Shown piece by piece: positions 38,592 to 50,250 of a stretch of 64,000 bases of DNA. This DNA is from Desulfomonilia bacterium (lineage in GTDB: Bacteria; Desulfobacterota; Desulfomonilia; UBA1062): assembly GCA_050014195.1 (NCBI GenBank), contig JBEKDT010000016.1, positions 32,001 to 96,000 on the forward strand. The letters are read 5' to 3'. Under the pieces are notes generated by a model. The model saw only the letters and a list, made by a program, of their open reading frames with translations. It ran no database searches and had not been told where the DNA came from. The translations under genes were made by a program, and so were the position numbers. Positions within the stretch are counted from its first letter, which is position 1; every line of letters starts with the position of its first letter.

Positions 38592-40389
38592 GCGAGGTCT
38601 CTTTCCGGAGGTAATACCCCTTTATGACATCCTTGACAATGGGTGCACAAGCAGAGCCTCCATGCCCGGCATGCTCCAGCAGTGCCACCACTACAATCTC
38701 CGGTTTCTCGACCGGAGAAATCCCGAAGAACCAGGCATGGTCTCGATACTTGTAGGGGATATCCGATTCATCGGGCCGCTTTGATATATATCCCCTGGCT
38801 ACCTGGGCCGTGCCCGTCTTCCCCCCGATGGATAGTTCAGGGTCATAGATGGCGTGACCCGTGCCGTGTGCATCTTCAACCGCCTCCTTGAGACCTTCCT
38901 TGATGAGGGCGAGGTGCCGGCTGGGGATGGCGATATCCCTCTCCAGCACAGGCTCTCCTTCCACAAGGATCTTGGGTGTATAGACCTTGCCGCCGTTGAC
39001 TATTGCACTCATGGCCTTGGCAACCTGAAGGGGGGTGACCAGCGTATATCCCTGGCCGATGGCGGCGATCGCATCCTCACCCGGATGCCAGGGCTGGTGA
39101 AACCGTTGCCGTTTCCATTTCTTAGTCGGCATAAGACCCGGCAACTCATCGGGAAGGGCAATACCGGTCCTGGCACCAAGCCCGAGCTGAAAGCCCGTAG
39201 CAGCGATGTTATCGATTCCCAGCGCCCTTCCCTGCGTGTAGAAATACACATCGCAGGACTGGGCAATGGCGCTTATCAGGTCAAGGCTGCCATGCCCGTG
39301 CGACTGCCAGCACCGGAAGGTCATATTGCCGACTTTATAAAAACCAGGGCAGAACACCCGCGCATTGGGGTCAAGGATGCCCGTACGCAAGCCTGCCAGG
39401 GACACAATAATCTTCATGACCGACCCCGGAGGATACGCCCCCCTCATGCATCGGTTCTCCAGGGGGTCCAAGGGATCATCTATGATCTGCTTCCACGCTC
39501 CGGGGGTCATGGATGATGCGAAGATGGCAGGGTCGAAACCTGGGGTGCTCTCCATAACAAGGACCTCGCCTGTGGAGGGGACCATGGCGACCACGGCACC
39601 TGCCCTTTCACCGAGGTCCTGTGATGCTATGGTCTGAAGCCCCTGGTCGATGGTGAGCTTCACGTCCTTGCCCGAGGCAGGTTCCTCCTCACCGAGCACC
39701 TTGACCCTGTGCCCCCGTGCATCCACTTCAAAGACCCTTTTCCCCTTATCACCCTTCAGTGTATCCTCGTAGATAAGCTCGATCCCACTTTTACCGACAA
39801 GATCTCCCGGTGCATAGTCATCCTCATCGCTCTGCTCTTCAAGCTGCCTTTTGGAGATCTCACCGATGAATCCCAGCACATGACAGCCAAGGGACTGGTA
39901 AAGATACTCCCGCTCCGGGATGGTCTCGATAGAGACACCCGGGAGATTGAACATCTGTGTCTCGATCTTGGCCACCTGTTCAAAGGTGATGTCCCTTGCC
40001 ACGGTCAGAGGGTCATAGGGTTTGCTTTTGCCCTGCAGGATTGCCTGCCGGATCTCAGATGGCTGTTTATCCAAAAGCGGCGCAAGGCGTTCGGATATCT
40101 CTTTTGGATTTGAGATGTCCTCAGGCAAAGCCATGACATTGTAGGCGGGCCTATTGTCGGCAAACACTACTCCCGCCCTGTCCAGGATCTTTCCCCGGGC
40201 GGCAGGCACCGCAATGATGCGGATACGGTTGTTCTCGGAGAGTCCCTCATAATACGAACCCTTGATGATCTGCATGACAAAGAGCCGCATCACCAATATG
40301 CCGAGGAGTACAAGAACAAAGACGATCAAGTACAACGACTTCTTCTTGAGGTCTTCATCAAGCTGGGGGTTCGTGATGTTAGGCTTCAT
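38557..40389 (-). CDS. mrdA: penicillin-binding protein 2
   Basis: ARGKILDR, YPPGSVMK (SxxK), SCD, KTGTAQ, RDHAWF. Confidence 0.96.
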   Translation of the reverse strand: MKPNITNPQLDEDLKKKSLYLIVFVLVLLGILVMRLFVMQIIKGSYYEGLSENNRIRIIAVPAARGKILDRAGVVFADNRPAYNVMALPEDISNPKEISERLAPLLDKQPSEIRQAILQGKSKPYDPLTVARDITFEQVAKIETQMFNLPGVSIETIPEREYLYQSLGCHVLGFIGEISKRQLEEQSDEDDYAPGDLVGKSGIELIYEDTLKGDKGKRVFEVDARGHRVKVLGEEEPASGKDVKLTIDQGLQTIASQDLGERAGAVVAMVPSTGEVLVMESTPGFDPAIFASSMTPGAWKQIIDDPLDPLENRCMRGAYPPGSVMKIIVSLAGLRTGILDPNARVFCPGFYKVGNMTFRCWQSHGHGSLDLISAIAQSCDVYFYTQGRALGIDNIAATGFQLGLGARTGIALPDELPGLMPTKKWKRQRFHQPWHPGEDAIAAIGQGYTLVTPLQVAKAMSAIVNGGKVYTPKILVEGEPVLERDIAIPSRHLALIKEGLKEAVEDAHGTGHAIYDPELSIGGKTGTAQVARGYISKRPDESDIPYKYRDHAWFFGISPVEKPEIVVVALLEHAGHGGSACAPIVKDVIKGYYLRKETSHEQIHQDIRKP

Positions 40390-40852
40390 AGGCTTTCTTC
40401 AGGCGGTCTACAAGGACAACCATCAGGGGACTTATCAGACCGGTGAGCACCGCGCCTGTTGCAAGCGGAATAACTTCGGACCGTGTCAGGTTCAGGTCCA
40501 GGGAGACAACCAGCGAACTGGCAGCAAGTATATAGATAACCATGGCAAGGATGAGCTGGGTATAGACGTTCTCCAGGTATACGATGCCCTTGAGGAGATA
40601 GACGATAAGATAGGTACACAGGTAGATCATGGGAATGAGGCCCGGCCTGGCGCCCGAAAATGCCTGGAGGATGATGGATGCAACGATGACAACGGCGAGT
40701 CCTTCAGAAAAGCTCATCTGGATAATGATGCCGATGATCATGCCTATAAAGAGATCAATGCGTAATCCGCTCCAAACATCCGGGATTAAAACGGTCTCGA
40801 TGAATACGGCCAGGAAGATAATGCCCAAGAGGCTAATCTGCGTCCGCAGCAT
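40379..40852 (-). CDS. mreD: rod shape-determining protein MreD
   Basis: About 157-aa polytopic membrane protein between mreC and mrdA. Confidence 0.8.
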   Translation of the reverse strand: MLRTQISLLGIIFLAVFIETVLIPDVWSGLRIDLFIGMIIGIIIQMSFSEGLAVVIVASIILQAFSGARPGLIPMIYLCTYLIVYLLKGIVYLENVYTQLILAMVIYILAASSLVVSLDLNLTRSEVIPLATGAVLTGLISPLMVVLVDRLKKAYEA

Positions 40853-41653
40853 ATGAGCCCACCCCGAATACACCCTCGATCTTTGACATCTCCACGCACG
40901 GGCTCACCATGATCTTGATGAAGATCTTGTGGGGATCGCGCTTTATCTCGGCGATACGTCCTATCCTTAACCCCTTTGGGAAGATGCCTTCCAGGCCGGA
41001 GGTGACAACTATGCTCCCCACCTGCACCAGTTCGGTGGTGCGCACATATTCCAGGCTGAGCATATTTGTGCCCGTGCCCTTTACGATGCCCTTCACGCGA
41101 GTCTCTTCGATAATAGCCGGAACTGCGCTGTTGGGGTCCGTGATGAGCAGCACCTGGGAGGTGTGGGGGGATACGGTAAGGGTCCTTCCCAGCATACCCA
41201 AGGGCGACACCACGGCCATGTTTGCTAAAAAGCCGCTGGTACCCCCCCGGTCGATCACGACGGTCTTGAACACGTTCGTGATGTCCTGTGAGAGGAGCCG
41301 TGCCGGGATCAGCTTGAAATCCGGATGTTCGCCTCTAAAGTCCAGCATGATCCTTAACCGTCCATTCTCGCTCTTAAGCTCCTGCATGGTCATACAACGG
41401 ACCCGAGCCTGCTCAAGGTTCTTTTTGAGCTCCTTGTTCTCAGAGCGGGTATTCACCAGGGCCACATAGTCGGTCCATAGATCATATGCGAATTGAAACG
41501 GCGCCGTAACGACCTTTTCGGCTATGAAAAAGCCTTCCCGAACAGGATTTAGGCCGAAGGAGAGTGAGCGGTACTGACCCAAAGAGAGCAGGACGATCAC
41601 GATTGCGAGTGCAACGGCGATCAGGATAATCTTGGGCGTATTGCCGTGTTCCA

Positions 41654-41654
<1 letters not shown>
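40833..41654 (-). CDS. mreC: rod shape-determining protein MreC
   Basis: TM segment, coiled coil (ENGRLR), IDRG, VLLITDPNS, VVTSGLEGIFPKG. Confidence 0.94.
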
Positions 41655-42727
<1,073 letters not shown>

Positions 42728-42824
42728 TCACGCCCTCTTAACAAATGCAACTGTCTTTTACAAGGCCATTAAAAGATCCGCTGCGGTTGCGAAAACCTCC
42801 TCTTTATGATAGCAAGACACCTTG

Positions 42825-43820
42825 ATGGACACCACTTGTAGCATAATCCTTGCAGCCGGGAAAGGTACCAGATTGAAATCGGACCTTCCCAAGGTCCTTC
42901 ACGAGATCTTAGGATATCCCCTTGTTTATTACTCCCTGACCCTGGTGCGCGACATCACCAAAGGCATAATCGCAGTCGTGGGCCACGGACGGAACAAGGT
43001 GATTCCCTACCTCGATGCCTTCCATGTCAACGTCGTGGTCCAGGAACCACAGCTCGGCACGGGCCACGCCATCCTCATGGCAAAAAAGGCGCTGTTGGAA
43101 GCACATGCCGGACATGTCCTCATCCTGCCCGGGGACATGCCGCTGATTCGCATGGAATCCCTGGCCGGGCTTCTTGATGCCTACCACGCCTCGGGTGTGG
43201 ACATGGGCATACTCACGGCCCGCCTGGCAGACCCATGGGGTTATGGGAGGATTGTCAGGGACAAGAAAGGTAATGTTAAAGGCATTGTAGAGCATAACGA
43301 TGCTACGGAAAGACAAAAGAAGATTGATGAGATAAATACCGGTGTCTATGTGATAAATAAAAAATTCCTGCTCTCGTCGGTGGAAAAAATCTCTCCGGAC
43401 AACAATAAGGGCGAGTTTTATCTGACGGATGTAGTGGCAATGGCGAAGGAGGTGGTATCCTTCATGGTCACGGACCCTGACGAGGCATACGGAATCAATT
43501 CCAGAGGCCAGCTTGCCATTGCACAAACAAGGATGCAGCAGCGCATCAACAATGCCCTCATGGAATCGGGGGTGACCCTTGTGGACCCGGCAACTGCGTG
43601 GATCAGCCCTGCAGTTAGGATCGGACATGACGTTGAGATCTGGCCCAATGTCCATGTCATGGGGAAAAGCCGGATCGGATATGGCGTGAAGATCATGCCG
43701 AATACGTGGATAAAGGACTCTACCGTCGGTAAAAAGACGATCATCGGCATGGGCAGCATGATAGAAGACAGGACAATTGAAGCCGACGGGGTCATCGTTC
43801 CCTACTCACGGATGACCTGA
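42825..43820 (+). CDS. glmU: GlmU-like N-acetylglucosamine-1-phosphate uridyltransferase, C-terminally truncated
   Basis: ILAAGKGTRLKSDLPKVLH, QLGTGHA, GYGRIVR, EINTG, EFYLTD. Only a few hexapeptide turns follow, ending near residue 331. Confidence 0.85.
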   Translation: MDTTCSIILAAGKGTRLKSDLPKVLHEILGYPLVYYSLTLVRDITKGIIAVVGHGRNKVIPYLDAFHVNVVVQEPQLGTGHAILMAKKALLEAHAGHVLILPGDMPLIRMESLAGLLDAYHASGVDMGILTARLADPWGYGRIVRDKKGNVKGIVEHNDATERQKKIDEINTGVYVINKKFLLSSVEKISPDNNKGEFYLTDVVAMAKEVVSFMVTDPDEAYGINSRGQLAIAQTRMQQRINNALMESGVTLVDPATAWISPAVRIGHDVEIWPNVHVMGKSRIGYGVKIMPNTWIKDSTVGKKTIIGMGSMIEDRTIEADGVIVPYSRMT

Positions 43821-43874
43821 AGGACTATAAGCCTCAGATTGACTTTCTCTCGCTGCACGCCTACATAATTATAT

Positions 43875-46310
43875 ATGGACTGGCTCAAAAATATCTTCCG
43901 AAACACCGACGACGAGTCTGATCTTATAGAGATCGAGGAACTTCATGAGATCATGCCGGTGCTGCCGCTCAAGGATGCTATCCTGCTTCCGGGCGCAGTG
44001 CTGCCGCTCATTGTGACGAATCCCACGTCGGCCTCGCTTATCAAGGAGTTTCACAGCAGCGGAAGCTCGATCGTTGCCGTTGGTATGAGGAAACCTTACG
44101 AGCCTATTCCGGCGGCATGGGAAAACCTCTTTCGCATCGGATGCGTTGCCAAAATCACCAAGGTCACCTCAAACAAACCAGGCGAGCTTTCCATCATGAT
44201 CAGGGGCATCCAGAAGGTGCTGATCGAAGAAAAGGTCGTGGATCACCCCTACATGAAGGTCCGCGTCACCTACCTCTCCGAGGATGCCACGCCGGACAAG
44301 CAGGTCTATGCACTGGCGCTGTCCACAAGAGACCTCCTGACCCAGCTTGCACGCCTGTCCTACCAGAACATGGACACCGTGCTTTCAAACCTTGCAAAGA
44401 TCAAGGACCCCCTCATGCTCCTCTCCACCGCGGCCACGAACCTGCCCATCCCGGTGGTGAAGAAGCAGCAGATCCTCGAAGAGGATACCTTTGAGAAGAA
44501 GTACACGCTCCTGTATGAGAGCCTCCGTGAGGAGCTCGATATCCTGGAGCTCTCCTCCAAGATCAGCGAGAAGGCCAGGGGCGAGATAAACAACGCCCAG
44601 CGGGAGTATTATCTCAGGCAGCAGCTCAAGGCCATCAAGAAGGAGCTGGGTGAATCCGGCACCGACGCGGATGACGAAATGGATGAATTGCGCAAGGAGA
44701 TAGAGGCCAAGTGCCTGCCCGAAGAGGTCAAGACCGAGGTTGACAAGGATCTCAAGCGGATCTCCAGGATGCAGCCCTCATCCTCGGAATATGTTACCAT
44801 CCGCACATACCTTGATTGGATTCTCGACCTGCCCTGGAACGAGAAGTCCGTTGACAACATCGAGATCTCGGCTGCGGAGCAGATCCTCGACGAGGATCAT
44901 TTCGACCTGAAGAAACCCAAGAAAAGGATCGTGGAGTTCCTCTCGGTCAAGAAGTTGAAACACGACCTGAAGGGGCCGATCCTCTGCTTCGTGGGCCCGC
45001 CTGGTGTGGGCAAGACATCGCTCGGCAAATCCATCGCCCGGGCCATGGGCAGAAAGTTCGTGCGCATCTCACTGGGCGGGGTGCGGGACGAGGCCGAGAT
45101 CCGGGGCCACCGGAGGACCTATATCGGGGCGTTACCGGGACGCATCATCAACGGCATCAAAACGGCGGGAACTCTAAACCCGGTCTTCATGCTTGACGAG
45201 ATCGACAAGCTCACTCACGATATCCACGGCGACCCGGCGTCCGCTCTCCTGGAGGCGCTTGATCCGGAACAGAACAGCCACTTCACGGACCATTACCTGA
45301 ACGTCCCCTATGACCTCTCCAAGGTGTTTTTCATTACTACGGCCAACGTCGTGGACACCATTCCCGCAGCCTTGAAAGACCGCATGGAGATCGTGGAGAT
45401 CGAGGGCTACACCCACGAGGACAAGATCGCAATTGCCAGGAATTACCTCCTCCCCAAGGAGATTGAGGCCAACGGTCTCACCGGCAGGTATATCAATTTC
45501 CTGGACGAGGCCATAGGCCACATTATCCGCCACTATACCCGGGAGTCAGGCGTGAGGAACCTCCAGCGGGAAATCGCCGCCGTCTTGCGCATGATCGCAT
45601 CCCAGGTGGCAAGGGGCTGCAGTGACGATTTCGTCATCGACCACGCCTTCATCGAGAAGGCCCTTGGTCCGGTGCGATATCTGCCCGAAGCAAAACAGAG
45701 GACCCGTATACCCGGCATTGCCACAGGCCTTGCCTGGACACCCTTCGGCGGCGAGATCCTGTTCGTCGAGTCGGCCCTTGTCGAAGCAAAGGATGAGATG
45801 ATCCTCACAGGACAGATGGGTGATGTCATGAAGGAGTCGGCCAGGCTTGCCTTAAGCATCATCAAGGGTATGGGGTGTACGATCGGGAAGGACCATTGCA
45901 TCCACATACACGTACCCGCAGGGGCCATCCCCAAGGATGGGCCGTCGGCAGGGGTCACCATCGTCACCTCGATCATCTCTCTCCTCACAAACAAGGTGGT
46001 AAGGGACGACCTCGCCATGACAGGGGAGATCACGCTGAGGGGAGTGGTCCTGCCTGTAGGCGGTATCAAGGAGAAGGTGCTCGCGGCACGAAGGGCCGGC
46101 TGCACAACCATTATCCTGCCCAAGATGAATGAGAAAGACCTTAAGGACATTGAGCCTTATGTAACCGATGACCTTACCATCCATTTCGTGGAAAACATCG
46201 AAGATGTACTCGCACTGGCATTTCCGGAAGACCCCGAAGGTATCTTTGCAGCCTTTTCACACCCTAGCGCCGAAGAGGCCGTATCCGACGCGCAAAGGCC
46301 TAGAGTCTAG
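43875..46310 (+). CDS. lon: ATP-dependent Lon protease
   Basis: QREYYLRQQLKAI, GPPGVGKTS, DEIDK, PKDGPSAG, GGIKEK. Confidence 0.97.
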   Translation: MDWLKNIFRNTDDESDLIEIEELHEIMPVLPLKDAILLPGAVLPLIVTNPTSASLIKEFHSSGSSIVAVGMRKPYEPIPAAWENLFRIGCVAKITKVTSNKPGELSIMIRGIQKVLIEEKVVDHPYMKVRVTYLSEDATPDKQVYALALSTRDLLTQLARLSYQNMDTVLSNLAKIKDPLMLLSTAATNLPIPVVKKQQILEEDTFEKKYTLLYESLREELDILELSSKISEKARGEINNAQREYYLRQQLKAIKKELGESGTDADDEMDELRKEIEAKCLPEEVKTEVDKDLKRISRMQPSSSEYVTIRTYLDWILDLPWNEKSVDNIEISAAEQILDEDHFDLKKPKKRIVEFLSVKKLKHDLKGPILCFVGPPGVGKTSLGKSIARAMGRKFVRISLGGVRDEAEIRGHRRTYIGALPGRIINGIKTAGTLNPVFMLDEIDKLTHDIHGDPASALLEALDPEQNSHFTDHYLNVPYDLSKVFFITTANVVDTIPAALKDRMEIVEIEGYTHEDKIAIARNYLLPKEIEANGLTGRYINFLDEAIGHIIRHYTRESGVRNLQREIAAVLRMIASQVARGCSDDFVIDHAFIEKALGPVRYLPEAKQRTRIPGIATGLAWTPFGGEILFVESALVEAKDEMILTGQMGDVMKESARLALSIIKGMGCTIGKDHCIHIHVPAGAIPKDGPSAGVTIVTSIISLLTNKVVRDDLAMTGEITLRGVVLPVGGIKEKVLAARRAGCTTIILPKMNEKDLKDIEPYVTDDLTIHFVENIEDVLALAFPEDPEGIFAAFSHPSAEEAVSDAQRPRV

Positions 46311-47574
46311 CAAACGCATTTGCTGCGGCCTTTGATGCCTGCTCCATGATATCGGGCGTGTGGGCTGTGCTGATGAATAGGGCCTCATAGGCCGATGGTG
46401 CCAGGTACACACCCTCATCGAGCATGGCGTGGAAGAACTTCGCATACCTCGCTGCATCCGATGCCATCACATCTTCAAAGGTCTCCACCGGCCCTTCATG
46501 GAAAAACATCCCTGCCATTGGGCCTACCCTATTGATCCTCAGCGGTATGCCTTTCTTATACGCCTGGTCCTCAAGCACTGAGGTGAATGCAGCCAGGGCC
46601 CGTCCTAGTCCCTCATAGGGGTTCAGGTCTTTGAGTGTCTTAAGTGTCGCTATGCCGGCGGCCATGGCCAGGGGGTTACCGGACAGCGTGCCCGCCTGGT
46701 AGACCGGACCGGTCGGAGAGAGCAGGTCCATGATATCCCCCCGGCCTCCGAAGGCTGCAGCCGGCATGCCGCCGCCCAATATCTTACCCAAACAGGTGAG
46801 GTCCGGTGTTATGCCGGCAAGGTCCTGGTAACCGCCGAAACAGAACCTGAAGCCCGTGATCACCTCATCGAAGATGAGTAACGCCCCACAGGCCTTTGTC
46901 TGACCACGGATCGTTTCCAGGAAACGCTGCCTGGGCAGTACCACCCCCATGTTCCCTGCCACGGGCTCCACGATGACTGCAGCCACCTCGGCCCCTCGCT
47001 TGTTCATGAAGTCTTCGAAGTGCACCGTATCATTGTAGGGCAGCACGGCAGTCGTTGAGGCGAGCCCCTCCGGTACGCCCGAGGAATCGGGGACACCCAG
47101 GGTCAACAAGCCGGAGCCCGCCTTGACCAGGAGGCTGTCCACATGGCCGTGATAGCACCCCTCAAACTTGACGATGAGCTGTCTATTGGTAGCTGCCCGT
47201 GCCAGCCTGATGGCGCTCATGGTCGCCTCGGTGCCCGAGCTGACGAATCGGACCTTCTCGATGCTGGAAAAGGCAGCGCATACAAGTTCGGCCAACCTGG
47301 TTTCCAACTCGGTCGGTGCCCCATAACTCATGCCCAGGCCGGCCTGCTGTCTGACGGCATCCACCACTGCCTTATGACAGTGGCCGAGGATGAGCGGCCC
47401 CCAGGAGAGCACGAAATCAATATACCGCTTTCCCTCGGCATCCGTAAGGAAGGCACCTGCACCCCGGACTATGAACCGGGGAACGCCGCCCACCTTCCGG
47501 AATGCCCGGACCGGCGAATTCACACCACCCGGAATGACCTTCTGCGCCGCCTCGAACAGGTCCTTATTCGTCAC
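46300..47574 (-). CDS. hemL: glutamate-1-semialdehyde 2,1-aminomutase
   Basis: PGGVNSPVRAF, SGTEATM, GCYHGH, FDEVITGFR, GKILGGG, YQAGTLSGNP. Confidence 0.96.
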   Translation of the reverse strand: MTNKDLFEAAQKVIPGGVNSPVRAFRKVGGVPRFIVRGAGAFLTDAEGKRYIDFVLSWGPLILGHCHKAVVDAVRQQAGLGMSYGAPTELETRLAELVCAAFSSIEKVRFVSSGTEATMSAIRLARAATNRQLIVKFEGCYHGHVDSLLVKAGSGLLTLGVPDSSGVPEGLASTTAVLPYNDTVHFEDFMNKRGAEVAAVIVEPVAGNMGVVLPRQRFLETIRGQTKACGALLIFDEVITGFRFCFGGYQDLAGITPDLTCLGKILGGGMPAAAFGGRGDIMDLLSPTGPVYQAGTLSGNPLAMAAGIATLKTLKDLNPYEGLGRALAAFTSVLEDQAYKKGIPLRINRVGPMAGMFFHEGPVETFEDVMASDAARYAKFFHAMLDEGVYLAPSAYEALFISTAHTPDIMEQASKAAANAFARL

Positions 47575-48049
47575 AAGAATCCTCCTGGAAAGAATATCTC
47601 ATGGATGTCTTCTTCAGTTCCCGTATGCTCCAGAATATTTGATAATCCCTTATGCCGGTCAACGATGAGATGCCTTCAACCGTTTCTAAAAGTTCTTCCC
47701 TCGTCCGCGCATGGATCATGGAAAAGACCGTATAGGGGGCAAAACCCTCACGCTCATAGCAGTGGCTCACAGAAGCAGAAGATGCGATTTGTGCTCCAAG
47801 CCCGTCCACTTGAGCCGGCGGCACGGCCCAGACCACCATGGCATTGGCCCTGAACCCGGCCTTTCTATGCCTAAGCACGGCCTTAACCTCTCTGATTACC
47901 CCTTTTTCTTTCAGCGTTTGGAGCCGTGACATGACCTCTTGAACGGAAATGCCGATCTTGTCTGCCCACCTATCAAAGGGCCGTTCGCACACATCCAGGT
48001 CCCCTTGGGCACAAGCGAGGACCTTCTTGTCGATATCATCGAGTTTCAT
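47564..48049 (-). CDS. ahbB: siroheme decarboxylase subunit (AhbB/NirH-like, Lrp/AsnC fold)
   Basis: QGDL...RPF, LRHRKAGFRANAMVVW, VSHCYER, FSMIHA, ELKKTSM; adjacent to hemL. Confidence 0.82.
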   Translation of the reverse strand: MKLDDIDKKVLACAQGDLDVCERPFDRWADKIGISVQEVMSRLQTLKEKGVIREVKAVLRHRKAGFRANAMVVWAVPPAQVDGLGAQIASSASVSHCYEREGFAPYTVFSMIHARTREELLETVEGISSLTGIRDYQIFWSIRELKKTSMRYSFQEDSCDE

Positions 48050-48162
48050 GGATGTGATCTCAACACAGCTTAGTGGACTAATCAACCATGAAAGTGCAAA
48101 AGCGACCGGCAGTAAAGCTGAGTTATTGTCAGGCAATGAAGCGGCAGGGCTTATAAGACAAA

Positions 48163-48201
48163 GGAAAACGGGGCACACAATCAATGCACGCCCCGTTTTC
48201 C
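48163..48201 (-). terminator. probable terminator of the ECF operon
   Basis: 12-bp inverted repeat GGAAAACGGGGC...GCCCCGTTTTCC just past the 48210 stop, followed by TTTGTCTT on the minus strand. Confidence 0.7.
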
Positions 48202-48209
48202 CATTCGGT

Positions 48210-50129
48210 TTAGCCGGTGAGTTTCACCATAATATATCCCGAGGTCAAGGTTGCGGTGGTGTTATTAAACGTACCCCAGGCATAGATGTGTTTTATCTTT
48301 GAACCTGCGGTAATCTTGCTCCGGAGGTCGGTCTCAAAGCTTGAAAATGTGGAGTAAACCTGGGAGGCGCCCCCTTGGTCGATGCGGAACCTGGCTGAGC
48401 CGTCAGTCGAGGGTACGATCTCAGGGGTAGTAACAGGCAGTAATTCGAGATCGGTGAGCACCCCCATCCTGTTGATGCGATGGAAGAAACCGGTATTCGT
48501 AAGATTAAGCGTGAGGCCTGCGCCCTTGATATCGCTGAAAGCGTCCTTTTTTCCGGCGCCCCAGCCGACATTCATCATTCCTTGTACATCAGAAACATCA
48601 ACGATTGTCTGGGCCTCGAAGTCGGGTACTGTCGGAGGATTTGCAGTTTCGAATGCACTCACAAACCCCAGCACCTTTACCGGTGTTCCTGCTATAAATA
48701 GCGAAAGATCGAGTGGGCTTGCACCTATGATATAATTAGTCGGATCGGCATCATGAGCCGTATCGATGCCGGTACCGGTAAAATCAAACAATTCGATGTC
48801 CTTGTTATTCTTTATATTCCGCCAGTCGATGGACTGGAGATTCACGGCCAGTTCCTCATTGCTGAGAGGCTCTGTCGCTACGGTCCCGATAAGCACGGTC
48901 AGGAGCATGCGCGCAAAACCGCTGGTTGCGTCAAGTTGGAGATTACTAGATCCGGGATTTGTGAGAGTCCCGAAGACCATGACACGCTGCCCCACAGAGA
49001 TGTCATCTTTCGTGTAGCTGTCCTTTGAATACTGCCTGCTCACCTTGGTGCCGCTCCCGAGGGTTACCTGCACCTTGTCTTTATAAACTATGCTCCCGCC
49101 TGCCCTGATCATGGTCGCGCCCTTAAGGGTCAGCACATCACCTAAGCGGCTGAGCACGGTGCCTCCGGCAACATCGAGGGCCCCTCCGGGAACGCTCGAT
49201 CCCGCCAGGACTTCCGTGGCTACAAAGTGCAGTGGGTTTGCGACGAACTGGCCATGGCTGATGAGAGCCGTGTAGGCAGGCAAACCACTTAAAACCGTGA
49301 GACCCGACGAACCCTGGTAGCTGATGCTGTTGATGTTATAGACAGTGCTGTCATCTACGGTAACCTTCACAACCCCAAAGCTTGTTTCATGTACCGCAAG
49401 GTCTTGGACGAAAGGACGAAGGATGATATTGAATGTGTTGTCGGCCACATCTACATCCTTAAGCGGACCCCTCAGGCGCTGGATCTTGTCCTGATCGGGC
49501 TGCAGGTCGGCCTTGAGAATAGGAGTCACCGTCATGGAGGCCGAGTTGCCGTCCGCTGCCAATGTCACGGTGTTCGTGGCGGCAAGGTCGAAGTCAAGAG
49601 AGAGATGGGCAAGCACACCCGGAGCAATCGTGAGAGAAGACACGTCGAGATCCATGGTAACTTGGACCGGCTGGGTGATGGGTGTGGCGTTTCCTTCATC
49701 GTCAAGGATGTCTATGCTTGTTACCGGCACCGCCGCACCTGCGGAATTCTCCACCATAATGTCGGCATCGGAGTAATCCAGGGTGAGGACGGCCTTGGTA
49801 TAGGCCCCCAATGGTACGGTGCATGCCGTCAGGAATTCCGTCATATCGGTCAGCTGGGCGAAGTCTACCGATGTTTTCAACGGGAGGGTCTCAACTACCG
49901 CCCCATTGGCCTTGGTCAGGGTAAGGGAGGTCACGTCCACCTGATAGTGCACAAAGTCTCCGGGCGCATCGGTGAGTCCGATCAAGGCCTGGCCTGATGT
50001 GGAACTGATCCCGGTTGATGAAGAGCTGCTCCCGCCTGTGCTGCTGCCGCACCCTTGCAGGATAAAGAATAAGGACAAGAACAGGATAAAACTGATTCCC
50101 TTCCGTGGGCAAGAAAATATTCCCTTCAT
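48210..50129 (-). CDS. large lipoprotein, DUF4382-like N-domain plus beta-rich repeats
   Basis: Lipobox LQGC, Ser/Gly linker, IGLTDAPGDF...LDFDL pattern. Confidence 0.75.
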   Translation of the reverse strand: MKGIFSCPRKGISFILFLSLFFILQGCGSSTGGSSSSSTGISSTSGQALIGLTDAPGDFVHYQVDVTSLTLTKANGAVVETLPLKTSVDFAQLTDMTEFLTACTVPLGAYTKAVLTLDYSDADIMVENSAGAAVPVTSIDILDDEGNATPITQPVQVTMDLDVSSLTIAPGVLAHLSLDFDLAATNTVTLAADGNSASMTVTPILKADLQPDQDKIQRLRGPLKDVDVADNTFNIILRPFVQDLAVHETSFGVVKVTVDDSTVYNINSISYQGSSGLTVLSGLPAYTALISHGQFVANPLHFVATEVLAGSSVPGGALDVAGGTVLSRLGDVLTLKGATMIRAGGSIVYKDKVQVTLGSGTKVSRQYSKDSYTKDDISVGQRVMVFGTLTNPGSSNLQLDATSGFARMLLTVLIGTVATEPLSNEELAVNLQSIDWRNIKNNKDIELFDFTGTGIDTAHDADPTNYIIGASPLDLSLFIAGTPVKVLGFVSAFETANPPTVPDFEAQTIVDVSDVQGMMNVGWGAGKKDAFSDIKGAGLTLNLTNTGFFHRINRMGVLTDLELLPVTTPEIVPSTDGSARFRIDQGGASQVYSTFSSFETDLRSKITAGSKIKHIYAWGTFNNTTATLTSGYIMVKLTG

Positions 50130-50250
50130 GCTGATACCTCCTCATGGGTATAGCTATCTTTTCTTTTATGTATTCCAACTCATGATTTTCGAATGTATTA
50201 TGATGCTGCGCAAGTTATCTTTTGGTAATCTTTTTAATGCTGCATAAGTA

